Source: Octopus sinensis (taxonomy: Eukaryota). From it: 64,000 nt of DNA. A program made the position numbers and the translations under genes. Of this stretch, positions 1 through 12,495 are shown one piece after another. Position 1 is the stretch's first letter. Each line of letters starts with the position of its first letter. The notes beneath the pieces were generated by a model that was not told the origin of the DNA, did no database searches, and saw only the letters and a list, made by a program, of their open reading frames with translations. The stretch lies in the NCBI RefSeq assembly GCF_006345805.1, contig NC_043002.1, positions 114,576,001 through 114,640,000 on the forward strand. Direction: 5' to 3'.

Positions 1-427
1 AAATTTCAGCACAAGGCCAATGCGTTCGGGAGATGGAGGCTAGTCAGTTTAATCGCCCCCAGTGCTCAACTGGTAGTTATTTTATCGACTCCGAAAGGAT
101 GAAAAAGCAAAGCCAACCTCAGCGGAATTTGAACTCAGAACATAAAGCCAGGCAGAATACCGCTAAGCATTTTGCCTGGTACAATAACGATTCTGCCAGC
201 TCGCCGCCTTAACAAATATTGGTTTCAAATTTTGGCACAAGGCCACCAATTTCGGAGAAGGTGATAAGTCGATTATATTGATCCCAGTGTTCGATGGTAC
301 TTATTTTATTGACCCTGAAAGGATGAAAACAAAGTCGACCTCAGCGGAATTTGAACTCGGAACATAAAGACGGACGAAACGCCACTAAGCATTTTGGACG
401 TAATGCTTACAATCCTGCCAGCTCGCC
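1..427 (-). mobile_element. Two tandem copies of SINE family B (about 1-208 and 222-427)
   Basis: Reverse complement gives head GGCGGCGAGCTGGCAGAA, B-box-like GAGTTCAAATTCC and core GCCTTTCATCCTTTCGGGGTCGATAAAATAAGTACC; same unit recurs about 20 times in the window. Confidence 0.85.
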
Positions 428-1483
428 GACTTAACAACAACTGATATTTCCAACAAAACGTCTTTACGTGGTCTCTTGACCTGCAAGAAATAGCAGCAAA
501 GTCCTCTTCAAGCACTATCTTACCGTCTTTGAAAAGAACATAGTGTATGCCGGAGTAATTTATGCTTGAAAATAATCGGAAAGGTCATGGTTGGACTATC
601 TTTGGTCATAAGTCATGTGTCATAATTGATCTGGGACTAGACAACAAAGCAACAATAGCGATAATAACAACAGCAACAATATCGTAGCTCAATGATTGCC
701 ACAAAGAAATTCAAGAACGGCAACAGCAACAAAAATAACAAAAAAATAAGAGGAAAAATTAATCGATAGTAAGAATTCGCTAACTTTATTTGTAGGACCA
801 CTTCGAATTACTATCGATTCAAACAGATAACTTTCAAGATTTTATGGCATTAAGACTTCTTTGATCTTAACACGAGCAAAAGATAATAGTTAACTCAACC
901 AAGTAGAAACCCTTTTGATTCTCTGCTGACCGCATAAGTTACGGCAAGTTAAATTTGAAGAAGCCTCTTGCCACTAAATATTTTAGATGAATAAATTGAC
1001 AAAAATTTATATAAAAAAACAAACAAGGAATTGTAAAGCAGTATAGGTATTATGTTTCATTGAATAAATACATTTATAATCAATTCTGTGATTCATAGTA
1101 CAGTTGTTTGTTTATTTTTGATGAGCGTGGAATATTCATATGCACCACGAAGATATGAATGCATATTTTAACTTATATATTACATCTTAAAGGAAAATAT
1201 TTATCTATATGAAAGAAAATCTGTTGAGATATGAGAAGACACTGGCATAATCGGTTCATGAGATTGTCAAAGAGGAATGTATTTCACGCCTTTCCCCAGT
1301 TGTTGTAGCCACGGCAAGAGAGAATGCTTTCAGCGTCCTCTCGTCTCTCTTGATTTTCTTTCATGGGCATTGATATATATATTTTTAAGGATATAATATA
1401 TATTCTTTTCCTACTATTTTTTCATAGGGTGATCAAAATCTCTTAGTGTTATATGGATTGTAATATATCTTTATTTGTATCAG

Positions 1484-2213
1484 GCACTCCGTCGGTTACG
1501 ACGACGAGTGTTCCAGTTGATCGGATCAACGGAACAGCCTACTCGTGAAATTAACGTGTAAGTGGCTGAGCACTCCGCAGATACGCATACCCTTAACGAC
1601 GACGCCGTGGTGATCTCATTCTTGCTCACAACATCATAAGCGGAAAGTGTAACCTCTCGAAAGAGTTGTTCTTCACTCCTGCTCCAGAGCGTCGGCTGCG
1701 GCGTCACTCCGAAAAGCTCTATCTGCGACGATTTCATTTCAATCGAAGGAGAGGGGCTTTCTCCGTCCGGGTTGCGGATCTGTGGATAAGCTGCCGGACG
1801 AGATAGTGAAGATGCCGACGACTGCTCAGTTCAAAGTCTCTCTTGACCAGAAATGGCCTGAACTCTTTGCATGAACACAACCCTGTACATAACTCCATGT
1901 CCCCCCTACATAGCCTTGCTTTTTGCGCCAAAAAATTAACTTAACTTAACTTAACGTAGTTCTCGGGGAGATTCAGCGTGACACAGAGTGTGACAAGGCT
2001 GGCCTTTTGAAATGCAGGTACAACAGAAATAAGAGCCAGAGAAAGTTGTGGTGAAAGAGTACAGCAGGGTTCGCCACCACCCTCTGCCGGAGTCTCTCGT
2101 GGAGCTTTAGGTGTTTTCGCTCAATAAACACTAACAACGCCCGGTCTGGGAATCGAAACCACGATCCCACGATCGCGAGTCCGTTGCCCTAACCAGTAGA
2201 CCATTGTGCCTCC
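1484..2213 (-). mobile_element. tRNA-derived SINE family C, split by a CR1 insertion
   Basis: 1484-1598 plus 1951-2213 are colinear with the uninterrupted copy at 63557-63938; tRNA-like head with A box and B box (GGTTTCGATTCC). Confidence 0.88.
1599..1955 (+). mobile_element. 5'-truncated CR1-clade LINE 3' end with (TTAAC)n tail
   Basis: Translates RRRGDLILAHNIISGK...RRLRRHSEKLYLRRF...AFSVRVADLW, one frameshift, then KLPDEIVKMPTTAQFKVSLDQKWPELFA* (stop 1872-1874), the typical CR1 ORF2 C-terminus; (TTAAC)4 at 1936-1955. Confidence 0.88.
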
Positions 2214-2669
2214 ACCCTGACACAAATACAAATATATTACATACCATATAACATAATCCTTGATTTACTAAAATTATATCCGTATTACTTTTGATATTTT
2301 TGTATCTGTCTATTTTTCTAATACTTGCCATTGGACTCTCAGAGTTATTTCGCTTAGCTTATTTAAACAAAGATTATGAAAATTACTTAGACTATGAATT
2401 TGTTGTCCGCTTTTCGTCCTCTTAAGTCTCTTGCATACAGAAGATAAGGTAGGGCATTTGGTATAATAGTTACACATATTGACGAAGAAATACGTGTCTG
2501 CCACGGTCTTCTTAGCGCGTCACAATAAGCCTGTCCTTTTCCGTTATGGCATGTGAACTTTGGAAAATTCTTGACTCTTGAGATTATCTCCACTTTTCAT
2601 ATATGAAGCTGGTCTTAATTGCCATTTGGTAATTATGACACATCATCTAGATGTGCAAAAGGGAAAATA

Positions 2670-3066
2670 TCTTTATATATAAAAGAGAAGTTGTGTGTCT
2701 GTCTCCTACGATTTAGATTCCTAACTACTCCCACATTTTGCGGTGCAGTTTAACCCAAACCGGGTATCTTATAGTCGTGATTCATATCGAGCCCTTCTGG
2801 GTATTAGCGCGCGTCTACGATGAGTCTACGATTTAAAAAAAAATTTACCATAATTTTTTTCCATTTTAATGCATTTTTTCGCTATTATATAAGGGAAGTA
2901 ACTCTCTAAAAATGTCTACGATGAGTCAACGATTTTTAAAAAAAGTTACCATCATTTTTTTTCCATTTTTAATGCATTTTTTGCTATTTTTTGGCTATAA
3001 CTCTCTAAAAGTGCTTATATAGTTATTTCCCTTACAAACCCAAGCAACGCCGGGCGATACTGCTAG
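2670..3066 (+). mobile_element. Non-autonomous Helitron
   Basis: 5' TCTTTATATATAAAA; imperfect subterminal hairpin CCCAAGCAACGCCGGG; 3' CTAG (3063-3066); sits between A and T; internal ~100-bp tandem duplication (about 2812-3010). Confidence 0.82.
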
Positions 3067-3481
3067 TTTTTAATATATTAAAAAATTAGGTTCTATGGTA
3101 TTTGATATGCTGGTGTTTCTCTCTCTCCCATTCACGCTCGTACGTGCACACACACACACACACACTTATGCATAAATATATATTAGGCAATGAGCAGAAA
3201 AAGAAGACGAGAAGGAAAAGACGAGTTTTAACCAAAGTTGTATCAGTCTATTATCTTAACGTAATGTATTGGAATGCAATTAAATGCTAGACAAGTAAGT
3301 ATCATAAAACAACCGTAAATGCACGCATGGTGGCTGTGGGGTTAAGAAGTTTGCTTAGCAATCATGCGGTCCTGGATTCCATCAAACTAAATATCACCCT
3401 GGGTAAGAACCTTCTACAACAGTCACAAATTGATAAATACATTGTGAGTTGAATTAAACGGAAACTCTATCGATGCCTGCC

Positions 3482-3584
3482 TATATATATAATATATATA
3501 TATATATGCATGTATGTATGCATGTATGTATTCATGTATGTATGCATGTATGTATGCATGTATATATGCATATATGTATGTATG

Positions 3585-3652
<68 letters not shown>

Positions 3653-3775
3653 ACGGAGGGCCTGTGTATGCGTGCGTGTGCGTATGTGTACCGTGTGTAC
3701 ATGCGTGTGTGGCTAGATGTGTGTTTGTGCGTGTGTGCGTATGTATGTGTGTGTTTGTGTGAGTGTCTGTGTGCG
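3482..3775. repeat. Compound (TA)n/(TATG)n/(TG)n microsatellite following a diverged SINE A head (about 3321-3480)
   Basis: Seen directly. Confidence 0.9.
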
Positions 3776-3907
3776 CCTACGTGCTCCCGCGCATTTGATA
3801 TTTTATTTATATTAAAGCATTATTATTATTATTCACTTTGTTCATAATGTACAAGTACGTTTGTATTCATCTTTATTTCATTTATTTTATTCAATTTTAG
3901 GAAAATT

Positions 3908-4328
3908 GGAGCATGTGTGGCTGTGTGGTAAGTAGCTTGCTAACCAACCACGTGGTTTCGGGTTCAGTCCCACTGCGTGGCATCTTGGGAAAGTGTCTTC
4001 TGCTATAGCCCCGGGCTGACCAAAGCCTTGTGAGTGGATTTGGTAGATGGAAACTGAAAGAAGCCTGTCGTATATATGTATATATATATATATAAGTGTG
4101 TGTGTATTTGTTTGTGTGTCTGTTTGTCCCCCTAGCATTGCTTGACAACCGATGCTGGTGTGTTTACGTCCCCGTTACTTAGCGGTTCGGCAAAAGAGAC
4201 CGATAGAATAAGTACTGGGCTTACAAAGAATAAGTCCCGGGGTCGATTTTCTCGACTAAAGGCGGTGCTCCAGCATGGCCGCTGTCAAATGACTGAAACA
4301 AGTAAAAGAGAAAAAGAGTAAAAGAGAG
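3908..4328 (+). mobile_element. tRNA-derived SINE family A, full length, with internal microsatellite
   Basis: A box TGGCTGTGTGG, B box GGTTCAGTCCC, central (TA)n(TG)n, 3' tail GGCGGTGCTCCAGCATGGCCGC-hairpin-GAAACAAG(TAAAAGAG)n; many near-identical copies in the window. Confidence 0.92.
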
Positions 4329-5403
4329 TATGTCTTTGACAATTCCGGAGCTTATTGAATTCGTTTTCTGCGTGACTTTTGACCAATCCTGAATTTTCCC
4401 CATCTTCGCTCTCTATGGGCAAAGGATAGAAACACCGGCGAAAGTAGCGAGTAGCTTTTTAACGGAAACTCCTTTGTCAGTCTCAGAGCCTCAGAAAGAT
4501 TGTGAAGCAGAGGTACTCTGTTAGAAATGTCTAATCATTGATGTTATTATTTACAGATTGCGATGCAAAAGAAAAACATAACAGAAAAGTAATCGAAAGC
4601 TCTTTAGGTCTTTAAAATTGTATCCAATGCTAACCAATGACCAATAACCAAAATCTAGTAGAAATATATCAGTTTTTTACATTGGACAATTTTACGAGAG
4701 AGAAGTCTGTATTATTGCTAAATACTTAATTGCGGAGGAATGTAAAGACTGGCCCCTTTTTAAAGTTTAAATCTAAATAAGTAGGAAAGAGGTCTGAGTT
4801 ATAACAATATTATCATGATATCACATTATAATATCATGATAATATAAAATATAGTTGGAACTCATTCACAATTCTAGCTGATTTTTTGTGTTAATATGGG
4901 GTTGAAAGTCACTTACAAAACAAGCAAGAGCTGAGAAAAATTGCATATCTTCTGTCTGGGCATAAGGTCAACTTCTTTCTGTAGCGTTACAATCGATTAA
5001 ATCAGTCTTAATAATATATTGGTAATTATTTTATCGATCCGCGAGAGATAAAGAATCAACACATGTTATTTGATCTAATAAATAATGACCATAAATAAAG
5101 TTTAAATAAACCAAAACATCTAGCTCAATGCTTTACTATTTTATGTAAGTTGAATGCTATTATGTATATTTAATTTATGCTTTATATCGTATATTGTGAA
5201 TAATAGTAGTTTGAGTTTCCCAACTGGTCAATCACAGTTCACTGCTTTTACGATAATGAGAATCACAAGGGACGTGTCCTGTAACTAAGAATGAAAAAAA
5301 TCCAACAGGGTTTTACGATTTACTCGCCAACGTTTGTATCTTTCGCTGATACACATCTCTAAAAGATACGCACAAGCACGAACACACACACACACACACA
5401 CAA

Positions 5404-5450
<47 letters not shown>

Positions 5451-5584
5451 CACACACACACACACACAAATACAAACACAAACACTCATAGTTCTGCAAG
5501 CTATATCTCTTTCCTTTCTTCATGTCTTTCTGAACAATTTTTTCAGACCTCAACTGATTCTCACCAACAAATTTTGAGAAGGTA

Positions 5585-5630
<46 letters not shown>

Positions 5631-5712
5631 TAATAATAATAATAATAATGATAATAATGATGATGATGATGATAATGATGATGATGATGATGATGATAAT
5701 TATTATTATTAT
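5585..5712. repeat. (AAT)n/(GAT)n microsatellite
   Basis: Seen directly. Confidence 0.95.
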
Positions 5713-5764
5713 TTAAGAATAATCCTTGGATTACCATCCATGCAGGAAGTGCAAAAAAGACTGG

Positions 5765-6649
5765 GATCTTTTCCTTTTCATGGGCAGCTCGATTAATTAA
5801 TTTTCTTTAACTAAACACTTTGAAACTTCGTATACTGGTAGAATGTGTCACATAGAACATCTTTTGCTCTTTGTTTTGTTGAGAAGAGTTTCTATTTTCG
5901 AAGTTATTTCTTGTTAAAGTTGTCGTATTTCGGTAATTTCAACCAATCAATGACGTGTATTCAGCTGAATAAAATTACTGCTGTTGTTTGTCAACTTCCT
6001 GTTATTTGCGACATATCAATAAACAAATGTATCCGAAGCACGTTTACTTCATGACACCACCATAATCGTTCGTGCATTTCTACTGCTTTTAGGTTTTTTC
6101 CTGTTTTCTTGAGATTTTTTGTCCCCTTAACCCCCCTTCAATTTCTTCATTTTTCACTTTTTTCCGTAACCCCAATCCTAACCCTAACCCTAAAATCCCA
6201 ACCCTAACGCTAAAACCTCAAACCTAATCCTAACTCTCCAACCCTAACCTTAACCGTAGCCCTAAAACCCTAACCCTAAACCCTAACACTAACCCTAAAA
6301 ACCCAACCCTAACCCTAAAACCCTAAAACACTAACCCTAACCCTAAAACCCTAACGCTATCCCTAAAACCTTAATCCTAACCCTAAGTAGAAAAACTGTA
6401 ATTTTTTTAAAAGCTACAACCAGTACAAGCGCACGAACGATGTCATAAATAACAGTGACAAACGGAAGTTGTTGTTCACGAACAACAGCAGTAATTTTAT
6501 TCAGCTGAATACACGCCATTGATTAGTTGAAATTATTGAAATACGACAACTTTAACAAGAAATAACTTCGATAATAGAAACTCTTCTCAACAACGCTAAG
6601 AGTAAAAGATGTTCTATGTGATACATTCTACCAGTATACGAAGTTTCAA
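5765..6649. mobile_element. Foldback/MITE-like element with long inverted arms and a central telomere-like repeat
   Basis: Arms about 5820-6090 and 6412-6649 are reverse complements (TTGAAACTTCGTATACTGGTAGAATG / CATTCTACCAGTATACGAAGTTTCAA); right arm is truncated against a SINE. Confidence 0.85.
6165..6386 (+). repeat. Degenerate interstitial telomere-like array (CCCTAA)n mixed with CCCTAAAA
   Basis: Seen directly; reverse complement is TTAGGG/TTTTAGGG. Confidence 0.92.
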
Positions 6650-7047
6650 GTAGGTTGCTTACGAACCACATCGTTCCGGGTTCAGTCGAACTGCATGGCA
6701 CTTTGGGCAAGTGTCCTCTGATGTAGCCTCGAGCCGACCAAAGCCTTGTGAGTGGATTTGGTAGACGGAAACTGAAAGAAGCCCGTCGTATATATTTCGC
6801 CCGGCTCCAAGAATTTCGCCCGGCGCGCTAATGTTTCTGCCAGCTCGCCATCTCCATGCCATCACTTGACAACCGATCTTGGTGTGTTTACGTTCCCGTA
6901 ACTTAGTGGTTCGACAAAAGAGACCGATGGAATAAGTACTAGGCTCAGAAAGAATAAGTCCTGGGATAGATGTGTTCGACTAAAGGTCGTGCTCCAGCAT
7001 GACCGCAGTTAAATGACTGAAACAAAAGAATAAAATAATAAAAGAGT
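6648..7047 (+). mobile_element. SINE A, 5'-clipped, with an antisense SINE B head in place of its microsatellite
   Basis: Colinear with 3908-4328 apart from about 6795-6849. Confidence 0.85.
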
Positions 7048-7647
7048 AACTGGTGCGTCATACGTATTGAGAAGAGCATTGCTTACTTTATATATATATA
7101 TATATATATATATTTCTTTTTCTGTCTGTCTTTCTTCCCCTTTTTTCTATTACATGGTGTGATTAGTTTAATGGCCTACAAATGTATACAGTGCGTTTCT
7201 CTGTCCTAGATGTTAGGAAGGCACTCGGCAAATACAAGAAATAGAATTGAAAGATGATAATAATGAAAGTGACAATAATAATAATAATGATGATGATGAT
7301 GATGATGATGATAATAATAATAATAATAATATTGATAATAATAATAATCATAACTGCTATAAAATAGTTGATTAAGGAGTTACACACACACATACACACA
7401 CTACTATGCAACGCCCCTCCAAAAACACACAAGAATAAACTCATACTGTAAATGCCCAACAAACTGAACAAAACCCATAACATGCGCCACAGAAGGCCGA
7501 AACTCGACCGAAGAACACAACATGCGCCACACAACACACAATATATAAAATAATACAACAAATGACTCAAACAAAACCTCATAACAAAATGTACTGATGC
7601 AATACAATATCAAGTCCCACCACCAAAAAAATAAAAAGTGCAGCAAA

Positions 7648-8059
7648 GGCGCAGGAGTGGCTGTGTGGTGAGTAGCTTGTTTATCAACCACATGATTCCG
7701 GGTTCAGTCCCACTGCGTGGCACCCTGGGCAAGTGTCTTCTACTATAGCCTCGGGCCAACCAAAGCCTTGTGAGTTGATTTGGTAGATGGAAACTGAAAG
7801 AAGCCCGTCGTATATATATATATATATATATGCGTGTGTGTGTTTGTGCATCTGTGTTTGTCCCCCTAGCATTGCTTGACAACCGATGCTGGTGTGTTTA
7901 GGTCCCCGTTACCTAGCGGTTCGGCAAAAGAGACCGATAGAATAAGTACTGGGCTTACAAAAGAATAAGTCCCGGGGTCGAGTTGCTCGATTTAAGGCGG
8001 TGCTCCAGCATGGCCGCTGTCAAATGACTGAAACAAGTAAAAGAGTAAAGAGAGAGTAA
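7648..8059 (+). mobile_element. SINE A, full length
   Basis: Starts GGCGCAGGAGTGGCTGTGTGG, ends TAAAAGAG repeats. Confidence 0.92.
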
Positions 8060-8329
8060 ACCCCACCCCACCAGCACAAAAGGGCCAGGAATGATGCAAT
8101 AGGAAGTTCCTTGAAACTTACAGATGTCGAAAAATAATAGTAGTGATGATGATGGTGACGAACATTACCTGATCTTAGTTTATGAGGGACAGGTTTTTTC
8201 CGTAGAACTTCTAGTTGTAACAGTGAAAACGGAGCTGGACCTCTAAGGGAAGGCCTCTCGCTCGGCAGTGGATCAGTTAAGATACAGCCTGACCAGAGCT
8301 GTTATCTAAATACAGCATCAGCAGATAAT

Positions 8330-8575
8330 AGAAGAAGGAGGAGGAACTGAACATGCGAAGCAAAGTGGATAGTGATACAGTGCTTCTTAGAAATTGAACC
8401 TAAAAGAAGTGGCTATAGAAAACTGATGTTAACACTTTGAGTAGAGAAGGATGTGTTTAAAGTGACTGAGTATAGATTAGTTGATGAAGCTAATACTGAT
8501 AGGAGAAGTGGATGACAGAATTGGAGATAGAAGAAATCACAAGAGAACTGGAAAAAGAAGACCTGGCAGCGGGAA
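8330..8575 (+). mobile_element. R4/Dong-like LINE N-terminal remnant
   Basis: Broken frame reads IVIQCFLEIEPKRSGYRKLMLTL*VEKDVFKVTEYRLVDEANT...WMTELEIEEITRELEKED, matching the GYRKRM..TEQRL.DQ..WLS.LELEEI pattern of R4/Dong ORFs; followed by an (AAT)n tract. Confidence 0.65.
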
Positions 8576-8746
8576 AGACAAACAACAACATAAAAGATAC
8601 AGATCAATCCAAAGAAGAACCTTAAGGGAATAATAATAATAATGATAATAATTATGATAAGAAAAAGAAGAAGAATAGTAATAGTAATAATAATAATAAC
8701 AACAACATCCACAACAACAACAATAATAATAATAATAATTGTGTTG

Positions 8747-9098
8747 TTGGCACAAAACCAGTAATTCGGAAGGAAAGGAAACGTCAGTTATGTTAACCCT
8801 TGTGCTCAGTTGGAACTTATATTAGGAACTCTGAAAGGTAGTTGACCACGGTGGCATTTGAACTCAGAACGTAAAGGGACAGTAGGAATGCCACGAAGCG
8901 TTCTGTCCAGTGCAGTAATGATTTTTCCAGTTTGCGATCTTAGTATTAGTAGTAGTAATGTGTTCTAATTTTGGCCCAACGCCAGTAATTTTGTGGGAAC
9001 AGTCAAGCCGGTTATATTGACCTCGAAATGACGAAAGGCTAAGTCTGCCTTGACGGAATTTGAACTCAAAATGTAAAGACGGGTGAAAAGCCGCTAAG
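8747..9098 (-). mobile_element. Two diverged SINE B copies
   Basis: ATTTGAACTCAGAACGTAAAG and TTGGCACAA tail motifs. Confidence 0.7.
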
Positions 9099-9185
9099 TG
9101 AAGAATGAAAGGATAACGTGGTATATGAAGAAAAACAGCGTTAATGAATTACGAAATGTGAGGACAGGAGACATTACACAATATA

Positions 9186-9590
9186 GGCGCAGGTATGGTT
9201 ATGTCTTACTTCCTCACCACATGGTTCCATGTTTAGTCCCATTGCGTGGTACCTTGGGCAAGTTTAATTTACTATAACCCCGTGTCGACCAAATCCCTTG
9301 TAAAGGAAACTTAAAGAAGCCCGTCAAATATGTGTGTTTCTGTGTGTATACGTGTCTGTGTGGGCTTGTCTATCTTTGTGTTTGTCCTCCACTACCACTT
9401 GACAACCGATGTTGGCTTGTTTATGTCCCGGTAAATTATCGGTTCGTATAAAAGAGAATGACAGAAAAAGTACCAGGTTTAAAAAATAAATGCTAGGAAT
9501 AATTTGTTCGACTAAAAAAAAACCTTGCGGATAGTGCTTCAGCATGGCCATAGTCCAATGACTGAAGCACGTGAAAAATAAATGATAAAG
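9186..9590 (+). mobile_element. Older, diverged SINE A subfamily copy
   Basis: GGCGCAGG head, CTTGACAACCGATG core, CAGCATGGCC tail. Confidence 0.8.
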
Positions 9591-11077
9591 GATTTGGAAG
9601 GACGCAATATGATTTAAAGGTAAACGCACACGCACACACACATACAGAGAACATTTAGTTGTGTGTTTTGATATAGTGTTGTTTTTCTTTTTTAGCTATT
9701 TTGGTGCCTTATGGTGTGGTATAAACTATGTGTATGCGATTTCCGTACCAAGTCATTGGCCGACTTCATCGTTACACTACAAGTCCCATGCTCAATGTGC
9801 TGTGTAGTACATAGAACCCAGTACTACAACATTACAAAATGAAATTCTTGATTGCATATTTAGGCCTTCGCCCAGTCCATACAGAAGAAATCAGACGATA
9901 TTTTTTCTTCACTCTTTGGTGATGCATGAGACAGGAGAGTTCACGGAAAAGTTTGAGCTTCCAAAGCATGAAGAATGAAGAATCTAACGTTTCAGGATAT
10001 TTCTCTTCATCCGAAAAAGTAAGTACATGAAAGTTATATTATTAAGTAAAACTAATAAATTATGATAAATCAACGCATTGCATAGCCACAAGTCTTATTC
10101 CCATAAATTCCTAGATTAAGTCTTCTTGTTGCTAATCACTTATATTTATCAAGTTTTCATATTTACTTCTGAAGACAAAGTGTTAAGATGCTTGTAAACC
10201 ACAATGGTATGGTCCATATCAGAAATTACGTGATACAGTTGCAGATCGAAATCGGAAACTCATCACGCCAATTCATGATCTGAGAGAATTATTCACTTGC
10301 TTTTCGGTGATGCTTCGTTCTGCTATTCCAAGTCGTAAAAACAGAATGAATGAGAGCGTCTTTCTTTAAATAACAGATGATGTGGAACAAGGCAGAAAGA
10401 CAAGGACGGAGTGAGTGCGAGTGAGTAACAGGAAGAGTGTAAAGCATTGTTTTTTTTACATATTTGTGTGTGTGTGTGTGTGTGTGTGTGTATACACACA
10501 TAAACACACACACACGTATATCGATAGAAAAATAGGCAGATAGATAAGTGGGCTTGTGTGTATTTGCTTACGTATATACTTATGCATTTGTATTATCCAT
10601 GTGTCCATAATGCAGACAACTAGGTTATTGTAAAACAAACCGAGAAAGGAGGCAGAGAGACAGACAGACGGATAAACGGAGAGATTATAATGAAGAATGG
10701 AAAAGTAGGGAGTTTGTCGCAGAGACTGGGTTAGTGTTAGACAGAATGAAGAAAGTAGAGAAATTATAGCCAACTAGATAAATTATTACTTAGCTAAAGA
10801 ACAATTTGATCATAGGTTTTTAGATAGAAATCTTTTGCTAGCAGTAAATAATAGAATTTCGCCAACGACTGGTTACCATGGAGTTATTTTTTTAAAACTT
10901 TTTGTTCAGAGATAGTTGTTCCTGATTTATGTTTTAATACAGACTAAATGAAAAGTTTAAAAAAAATGTAAAAAAAAAAACAGAATAGAAAAGAACTGCC
11001 CTGTTAGTATTCTAACAAAAAGTACATAATCATTAGTCTACAACTTTGTCACTTCAATTTCCCCTTATATATGCAGA

Positions 11078-11153
11078 ATGTGTGTGTGTGTGTGTGTGTC
11101 TATATATATATATATGTATGTATGTATATGCATGTATGTATATGTATACATAC

Positions 11154-11241
<88 letters not shown>

Positions 11242-11242
11242 G

Positions 11243-11276
<34 letters not shown>

Positions 11277-11462
11277 GTATATATATATATATATATAGAT
11301 ATATATATATATATGTATGTATACATATACATACATGCACATATATATGTGTATGTATGTGTACATGTATGTATATATATATATATATCGAGAGAGAGAT
11401 TCATCTATATAAATGCACGCATACAGTTGTGTCTACATGCATATATATATATATACATATAT
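11078..11462. repeat. Compound (TG)n/(TA)n microsatellite
   Basis: Seen directly; source of spurious YI-repeat ORFs. Confidence 0.95.
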
Positions 11463-12057
11463 GGTTGATTTATTTTGACAAGTCACATGGTCAACTTCCG
11501 AAGAAATATAGCCGAATGACTCTATTCACTCAGTATGTAACTGGAAATTATCGATTTCTGTTGAATTTGAACTTACATGGCGAACTTTAAGTATTGTAGG
11601 GTATTTAGTCTACTGCCCCGCCTCTTCTTTCATTTCCTCATGATTCATATATTCATTCATACTTGCATACATGCATATCTATGCATGTGTATATTCAACT
11701 ATGTGCATACATACAACCATACATACCCATACGTGCATGTGTATCTGTATGTGTGCACATATATAAACGTATATGTTCAATTAATTTGATTAGGTAGAAA
11801 ATCAATATTGAATCGCTTCAGTTCTAATTTAACGAGAAGCGTAAGAGAAACATAATTTAAAAGAGGTCTTCTTAGTCGATCCATATACTATTTAAACGTT
11901 GATCTCAGAATAACATAACTTGATACGATACGAAGTTTGTTCCGTTGACTTGACTCACTTCTGCAAGAAGAACGTACAATGGCTGGAATTTGTTTTTGTT
12001 CTTTTAATAGTCCTCTCTTTGCAACAAAGGTATAAAGATAGCTGGAGGAGATGCATT

Positions 12058-12407
12058 TTTTTTTACTTGTTTCAGTCATTTGACTGCGGCCATGCTGGAG
12101 CACCGCCTTTAGTCGAGCAGATCGACCCCGGGACTTATTCTTTGTAAGCCCAGTACTTATTCTATCGGTCTCTTTTGCCGAACCGCTAAGTTTACCCTTT
12201 TACTTGTTTCAGTCATTTGACTGCGGCCATGCTGGAGCACCGCCTTTAGTCGAGCAAATCGACCCCGGGACTTATTCTTTGTAAGCCTAGTACTTATTCT
12301 ATCGGTATCTTTTGCCGAACCGCTAGGTAACGGGGATCTAAACACACCAGCATCGGTTGTCAAGCAATGCTAGGGGGACAAACACAGACACACAAACACA
12401 CATATGC

Positions 12408-12495
<88 letters not shown>

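Noticed and set aside
6165-6386. True telomere or chromosome fusion scar
   Set aside because: Short, degenerate, single orientation and enclosed by the arms of a foldback element.
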